From the NCBI GenBank assembly GCA_964016885.1, contig OZ024748.1, positions 44,144,001 to 44,208,000 on the forward strand: DNA of 64,000 bases. Reading direction: 5' to 3'. Of this stretch, positions 57,976-64,000 are shown one piece after another. This stretch comes from Eledone cirrhosa (Eukaryota). The notes beneath the pieces were generated by a model. The model was not told the DNA's origin and searched no databases. It worked only from the letters and a program-made list of their open reading frames with translations. Each line of letters opens with the position of its first letter. Position 1 is the stretch's first letter. Made by a program: the position numbers and the translations under genes.

Positions 57976-59093
57976 CACGTTTCTGGGATTTTTTTATATT
58001 TTTTTTATTTGTAATATTATTTATACAATAGGAAATAAAATAGATCTACATAGTGTTAACTCGTTATGGTTGAGTCAATAATTTTAGACATGAAATACAT
58101 TGTTATCGGTGAAGGAAAGACAAGATTCTAACTGGCTGCGCTTGAAGTGTCCTTGACCCAGTTGACTGTGGGTTTTTCCATTGTTAGGATCTCAATTGCC
58201 GGTTAATGTCTAAACACGCCTGCACTCCTGCTCACAGCTGCGGCCAGACTATAGTTATGCTGTCTGCATGCTCATTCAAATGCATTCACACTGGCTGTCT
58301 CAAAGACATACAAATATGGCTTATAAAACTTACCAAAGTAAAGAGCCTTCCAGTGCACTCCCAAGCTCCAAACGCCCCCCCCCCTAATGCCCCCTTGCTC
58401 CCAAACGCCCCCCTGGAGTTCCAAAACGCCCCCTGGGGGTGCATATGCCTCACGTTGAGAACCTTTGATCTAGACTGAGGTGTAGAGTCTGTCACTCCCT
58501 ACCACAGCTGAGATATACCACCTAGACTGGGTTGTAGAGTCTGTCACTCCCTACCACAGCTGAGATATAAGTTCTGAGTTCAAATCTCTCGCCGAGGTTA
58601 CGTTTGCCTTTCATCCTAACGGTGCCGATAAAATAAAGTACCAGTAACGCGCTGGGGTCGATTTAATCTAGTTTCCCCTTCCCCAAAATTGTTGGCCTTG
58701 TGCCTAAATCAGAAAACCTTATAAACATAACTACCACCACGACCACGTGGCGGTCGTTTGACTGGCTAGAAACAGCAGCTAAATCTCCCTCAATTCTCGC
58801 TATGCCGTCTTTAAATCAAGTTGAAGCTGAAAGCACTGTGAGAACTGATAAGCAAGTCACGCCACCAATATTACAACACTAACACGGGTATCTGCTGACG
58901 AGCTCCTGACTCATTTAGCAAATTTGTGTCTTATCTGAAACATGCTGGGTACGTGTGTGACATTGTGACATTGTGTGTGTGTCTGTGTGTCTGATAAGGT
59001 CGCGATACAATTGTGAAAAGATAACTTTGATACTTCTAAAATATATTTATAGAATCACAGATACACACTGTCACGCACACATTGACACTAATT

Positions 59094-59140
<47 letters not shown>

Positions 59141-59279
59141 CACATGTCTGTGTGTTTGGATGATAAGGTTGTGATCATACTTAAATATGGAATGACGGCT
59201 GTGATACAATTGTAATAAGATAAACTTTGATACTTCATATAAAAAAGAACTGACACACACATACTCACACACATACACT

Positions 59280-59322
<43 letters not shown>

Positions 59323-59587
59323 TCATACACATGATTACTACACACATACACACACCATACAAAACAAAGAGAAAAGGTATCTGGCACAACATTGAAAGTA
59401 CGAGAGACAGGTGGTGGTGTGGTGTGGGAGTGATGTGGGTGGGTGGGGTTAAACTGAGGTCACAGAATGTGTGACGAAAGAGTTTGGGGTCATTAAATAA
59501 CAACTGGTTACTAAACTAATAAATAGATTAATTAACTAAATAATAATCGTTAATACTTTTGGCACAAGGCCAGCAATTACCTCAGTG

Positions 59588-59633
<46 letters not shown>

Positions 59634-59695
59634 ACAAACAACGGATCTAGCTGTCGAAACGGCCGGCGCTTAGCCTTCCGGGTCCTGACTCTTTT

Positions 59696-59816
<121 letters not shown>

Positions 59817-59846
59817 GTCGATCGATTGGTTATTGATTAGGCGATA

Positions 59847-59957
59847 CCCGGTGATGAAGCCGCATAAGCCGATTGTGCATTGTCGCATAATACATGCAGA
59901 CGGATGGTGCAGTGCACCCTACTGCTGCATTAGATGCGGCCGAAACTCGAGTCCGGG
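59847..59957 (+). ncRNA. Hammerhead-like motif with long stem II insert and C3>G variant
   Basis: cccg-GTGATGA-a-gccgcat..(about 68 nt)..atgcggc-c-GAAA-ctcgag-TC-cggg; perfect palindromic stem III ACTCGAGT. Confidence 0.65.
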
Positions 59958-60104
59958 AACTATTACAGGCACCTGTTTTACGTGTGTTGTATTGAAGCAA
60001 ATAACTATGTGTATATTCTGGGAATGTACTCTACATTGCCTATTGAGTACTCTGAGATACAACCGGTCCTGGCATTGATAAATATGCTGAGTCCGTCAAC
60101 TCCT

Positions 60105-60158
<54 letters not shown>

Positions 60159-60618
60159 CCAAAGATTAATATGGTTCTTTGATTACTCAATGAATACATT
60201 TTTAGAATAGATTAAAAGCATTCAACAGTAAAAGTTTTCCTGGAGTTTTTAATATTATTCAAAATATTAACAAATGAAAGATATTCACATAATCAAAATA
60301 TATGCTTTATTATATATATTTTAAAGGTACTATGTTGTTTTTTTTTCGTACGTCTTCATCAGATAAAATATGACATACCGTTACGGTCTTGATTATACAG
60401 TTCCAGTATTGGCAGTGATTTATTTCATCAAATGGTGTATGTTATATAAATTTTTAATTAAACTATATATGATTGCTATAGAAAATAATCTATACCGATT
60501 AATTTTGATATAATATATAAGTATAATTAGCTAATGCATAATCAAATACTAAAAATATTCAACAGTTTATGTGAATTGATTTGATGTCCTATTTGATCTA
60601 GCATTTGAAAACAACGGT

Positions 60619-62580
60619 TTACGCCCCATTGCTGTGGGCAATGTCTTCCGGAGGTTGGCTGCCAAGGTGATCTGCAAGTCCGTAACACACGAACTGGGTG
60701 AGGAGTTTAGTCCGGTGGAACTGGGTGTCGGCGTGTCCGGTGTCTGTGAGGGGGCCGCTCATGCAACCAGGCAGTTCTTCAACAGCTGCCCATCGGAACT
60801 GGCATCCAGGGACTCCAGGCACCTCATTGTCAAGCTTGACATGAGGAATGCCTTCAACTCTTTACGTCGGGATCATTTGCTCGGGGCCTGCCTCAGCCGA
60901 TCCCCCTCTGCCTACCCGCTGGCCTACCTGTCATATGGAACCCCGAGTATGCTCCTTGCTGCTGATACGGTCATACCCTCGGCTACTGGGGTCCAACAAG
61001 GCGACCCTTTGGGACCCCTCCTGTTCGCTCTTGGTATTGACCACATCACCCGGAGTATCACGGCTCCTCTCAACGTTTGGTATCTGGATGATGCTACGTT
61101 GGGCGGGCCCGTACGGACGGCCTGCCATGACCTTCAATCGGTGGTTCCTGCCCTGGCGAGAATCGCCCTCCAAGTCAACTCGGCCAAGTCGGAGGTGGTG
61201 AATGTCAGCCTCGATGCTGCGAGCTTTGCAGCCTCCGTCTTGGACGTGCGGTCCATTCTCCGCCAGGTTCAGGGAAGCCCCAAAGAAGATGTCCTCATCC
61301 TCGGGTCACCGATCCACCCGCCGGCCATCCGCTCCACCATCAGGTCCAGGCTTTAACAACTCTAGACTCTCACGTGCCGACTGGGCTTGATTGACGGCCA
61401 CCCAGCGCTCTTTCTGTTGAGGAACTGCTTCGCCATGCCGAAGCTCCTCCACACACTCCGCAGCGCTCCGTACTACACCCAGACATCTCTCCTCGCTGAC
61501 CTCGATACTTGTATCCGAGCAGCAGCCGAGGAGATATGCAACGTCAAGTTTGACGACATAGGGTGGCAACAGGCCACTTTATCTGTCAGGTATGGCGGCC
61601 TTGGCCTCCGGTCCCCGATCTCACTAGCTTTGCCGGCGTATCTTTCGTCGGTAACCTCGTGCCGCGTCCTCGTCAGCAGGGTTCTTCAAAACACAACAGA
61701 ACTCTCTGTGTTCAGAGAACGTGAGGCTGCCTGTGAGACGTGGGACCGGCTGGGACTTAGCCCAGTAGACGTCTCTCCTCCTTCTCTCCCTGTTGACGTC
61801 AAGTCCTCCCAACGCACTTGTGATGCCATCCAGTGCAGCCTCGCCTCAGACAGGCTCACGCGCTAGCTCGACCAGCACCGCCTTGCTTGTTTCGTGCGGC
61901 CTCCAAACCCCACAGTGGTGCCTGGCTCCATGCCCTGCCCCCCTTCTTCACTGACACGCAGCTAGACAACCATAGCCTGCGCATCGGCGTTTCGCTGAGG
62001 CTCGACCTCCGGATCTGCCAGCCACACCAATGTCGCTGCGGTTCCACCGTGGACTCTTTCGGCCTCCACTAGCTTTCCTGTCGCCACAGTGCCGGCCGCA
62101 TTCCACGCCATGCTGCCCTCAACGAGGTCATTAAGCGTGGCTTGGACGCTGCAGGCTTCCCTTCCCAGCTCGAGCCGGTGGGGGCTGGATCGAGGGGACG
62201 GCAAAAGGCCAGATGGCATAACCATCTTCCCGTTCCGCGGTGGCAAACCCCTCGTCTGGGATGCCACTTGCACAGACACTTTCTGCAGCCGCAACCTGGT
62301 GCAGTCTGCGACTGACCCAGGTTCTGCTGCACATCGGGCTGAGGGGGCCAAACTCCTCAAATACCGGTCGCTCTCCGACAGGTTTGCGGTCGTACCCCTG
62401 GCAGTGAAGACTTCTGGTGTCCTCGGCCCCAGGGCTACCTCCCTACTCACCACCATAGGCGCTGAGCTGGCCAGCCGCAGGTGTGATCCCTGCGAGTTGG
62501 AGTGGCTCTTCCAGCGTGTCGCCCTTACCGTCCTCCGGGGAAACGCCTTCTCCATTCTGTCTGCCGGGGCTGTTGGTGGG
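60619..62580 (+). pseudogene. CRE-like non-LTR retrotransposon fragment (RT + Cys/His finger + restriction-like endonuclease)
   Basis: RPIAVGNVFRRL, KLDMRNAFNS, GVQQGDPLGPLLF, WYLDD, GGLGLR, SGAWL, CRCG..GLH.LSC, RHAALN, DGKRPDG..WDATC; stops and frameshifts. Confidence 0.85.
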
Positions 62581-63016
62581 CCCCATCGTATCGTTGTAGT
62601 TGTAGAAGAAACGGGAGCTAAATTGTATAATGATATTAATATTAGTTTGCCAACAGTTAGTATCTATCCCCCTCTATTTGATGTTCCTTTATTTTTCTTT
62701 ATTTTTCTTTACCCCCTCTGTTCCCTTTACTTTCCCCACACCTTCCCTCTTTTGTCGTTATTCCTCTTTTCTTTTTTATATATTTCTTTTACTCATTCAT
62801 TTATCTATTCATGTATGTATTTATTTATTTTTTCTTGCCTTTCCTTTCCTTACACCCTCTCTCATATCTCTAATTTGCTCTACGCCCTTTTCTTCTTCTT
62901 CTGTAAGTTTATCATATTATTTGTGGTATATAAACATTGAGATTTGATGAAATAAATCACTGCCAATACTGGAATTGTATAATCAAGACCGTAGCGGTAT
63001 GTCATATATTAAATCA

Positions 63017-63092
63017 TATATTTTATCTGATGAAGACGTACTGAAAAAAAAACAACAACACAGTACCTTTGAAATATATATAATAAAGCATA
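63017..63092 (+). ncRNA. Type I hammerhead ribozyme motif, intact core
   Basis: tatattttat-CTGATGA-agacgtactg..cagtaccttt-GAAA-tatata-TA-ataaagcata. Confidence 0.78.
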
Positions 63093-63139
63093 TATTTTGA
63101 TTATGTGAATATCTTTCATTTGTTAATATTTTGAATAAT

Positions 63140-63174
<35 letters not shown>

Positions 63175-63175
<1 letters not shown>

Positions 63176-63226
63176 TCGGGCTGGAAGATGCCAATCACAT
63201 ATGTGATTGGCATCTTCCAGCTCGAT
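63175..63226. repeat. 52-bp near-perfect palindrome
   Basis: ATCGGGCTGGAAGATGCCAATCACAT/ATGTGATTGGCATCTTCCAGCTCGAT. Confidence 0.85.
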
Positions 63227-63424
63227 AAGTTGAGCACTCTACAGTTTTAGTAAATTAACCAACATACACCATATATCTCACATATATACTATATATAGGA
63301 ATGGCTTCTACAGGACTACAACTGTTTCATTCAGGAGAAATCATATATATTAAATATTTATACTCTGCTATGTATTGAGTGCCTTACTTACTGTAGTTAC
63401 CCTCGGTTGAACCCGGGATAAAAA

Positions 63425-63552
<128 letters not shown>

Positions 63553-64000
63553 AATGAGTTATTTAATTTGTTGATTATAATAAAATAAATATGGTTTTAT
63601 AAAGATACCTTCCATAGAATCATTTGATAAAATATATACATTATTTCCAATCAGCATAATCAACCACACAAAAAAAAAACAATTAAACAAGGCTATAAGA
63701 TTAAAAGGCACCTATGAAGAAATAGATAAATAAACGACAGCTATCTATCCGCGATCAACAGCTATAGAATATTTACCCACCATTTCTAATAGCACGTGGA
63801 AATCGATTAAATATATCGTCAACCATACACAATTAGGTATAAAATCAAAGTTAGAAGAAAAAATGTATATAAACATACCAAAATTATATATATATATATA
63901 TATATGAAGTATTTCCGTAGGAAAGGTACAGGATACAGAAAAGAGAGTGCTCTATGTAGGCTACAGAGCTTATTAGTTATGTAATAAACAACATAAGATA

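Larger units (their letters stand above)
55831..58467 (-). mobile_element. hAT (Charlie/Buster-type) DNA transposon, defective
   Basis: TIRs CACAGGTTCTCAAC / GTTGAGAACCTTTG; perfect 8-bp TSD ATCTAGAC (55823-55830, 58468-58475); transposase remnants 56480-57540. Confidence 0.92.
55759..58570. repeat. 52-bp tandem repeat split by the hAT insertion
   Basis: CTGAGATATACCACCTAGACTGGG.TGTAGAGTCTGTCACTC.CTACCACAG units at 55759-55830 and 58468-58570. Confidence 0.85.
60255..63138. mobile_element. Inverted hammerhead-bearing repeats of about 180-195 bp (60255-60433, 62942-63138) bracketing a CRE-like fragment
   Basis: Arms are reverse complements; related partial copy at 48076-48180. Confidence 0.8.

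Overview
AT-rich, microsatellite-saturated animal genomic DNA; the repeat landscape suggests an octopus-like coleoid cephalopod (inference). One host gene is supported: a five-coding-exon flavin-containing monooxygenase (FMO, about 426 aa) on the minus strand (40448 to 9659), with all splice phases consistent. The rest is mobile or repetitive. It includes a decayed Penelope-like element (RT + GIY-YIG) between inverted terminal repeats, a CRE-like RT/RLE retroelement fragment, a hAT (Charlie/Buster-type) transposon with TIRs and an 8-bp TSD, RTE fragments, two SINE families, piggyBac-type and Tc1/mariner-type MITEs, and several satellites amplified from TE pieces. The most striking unannotated signal is a set of at least seven sequence-unrelated families of short non-coding elements carrying minimal type I hammerhead ribozyme motifs (CUGANGA...GAAA, short and usually palindromic stem III). 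They sit in (TA)n tracts, usually as inverted pairs or fold-backs. Some pairs bracket foreign sequence such as the CRE RT, and several hammerheads lie in the sense strand of the FMO pre-mRNA. All structures were read by eye, with no folding or database searches. Almost all ORFs in the supplied track are microsatellite artefacts.
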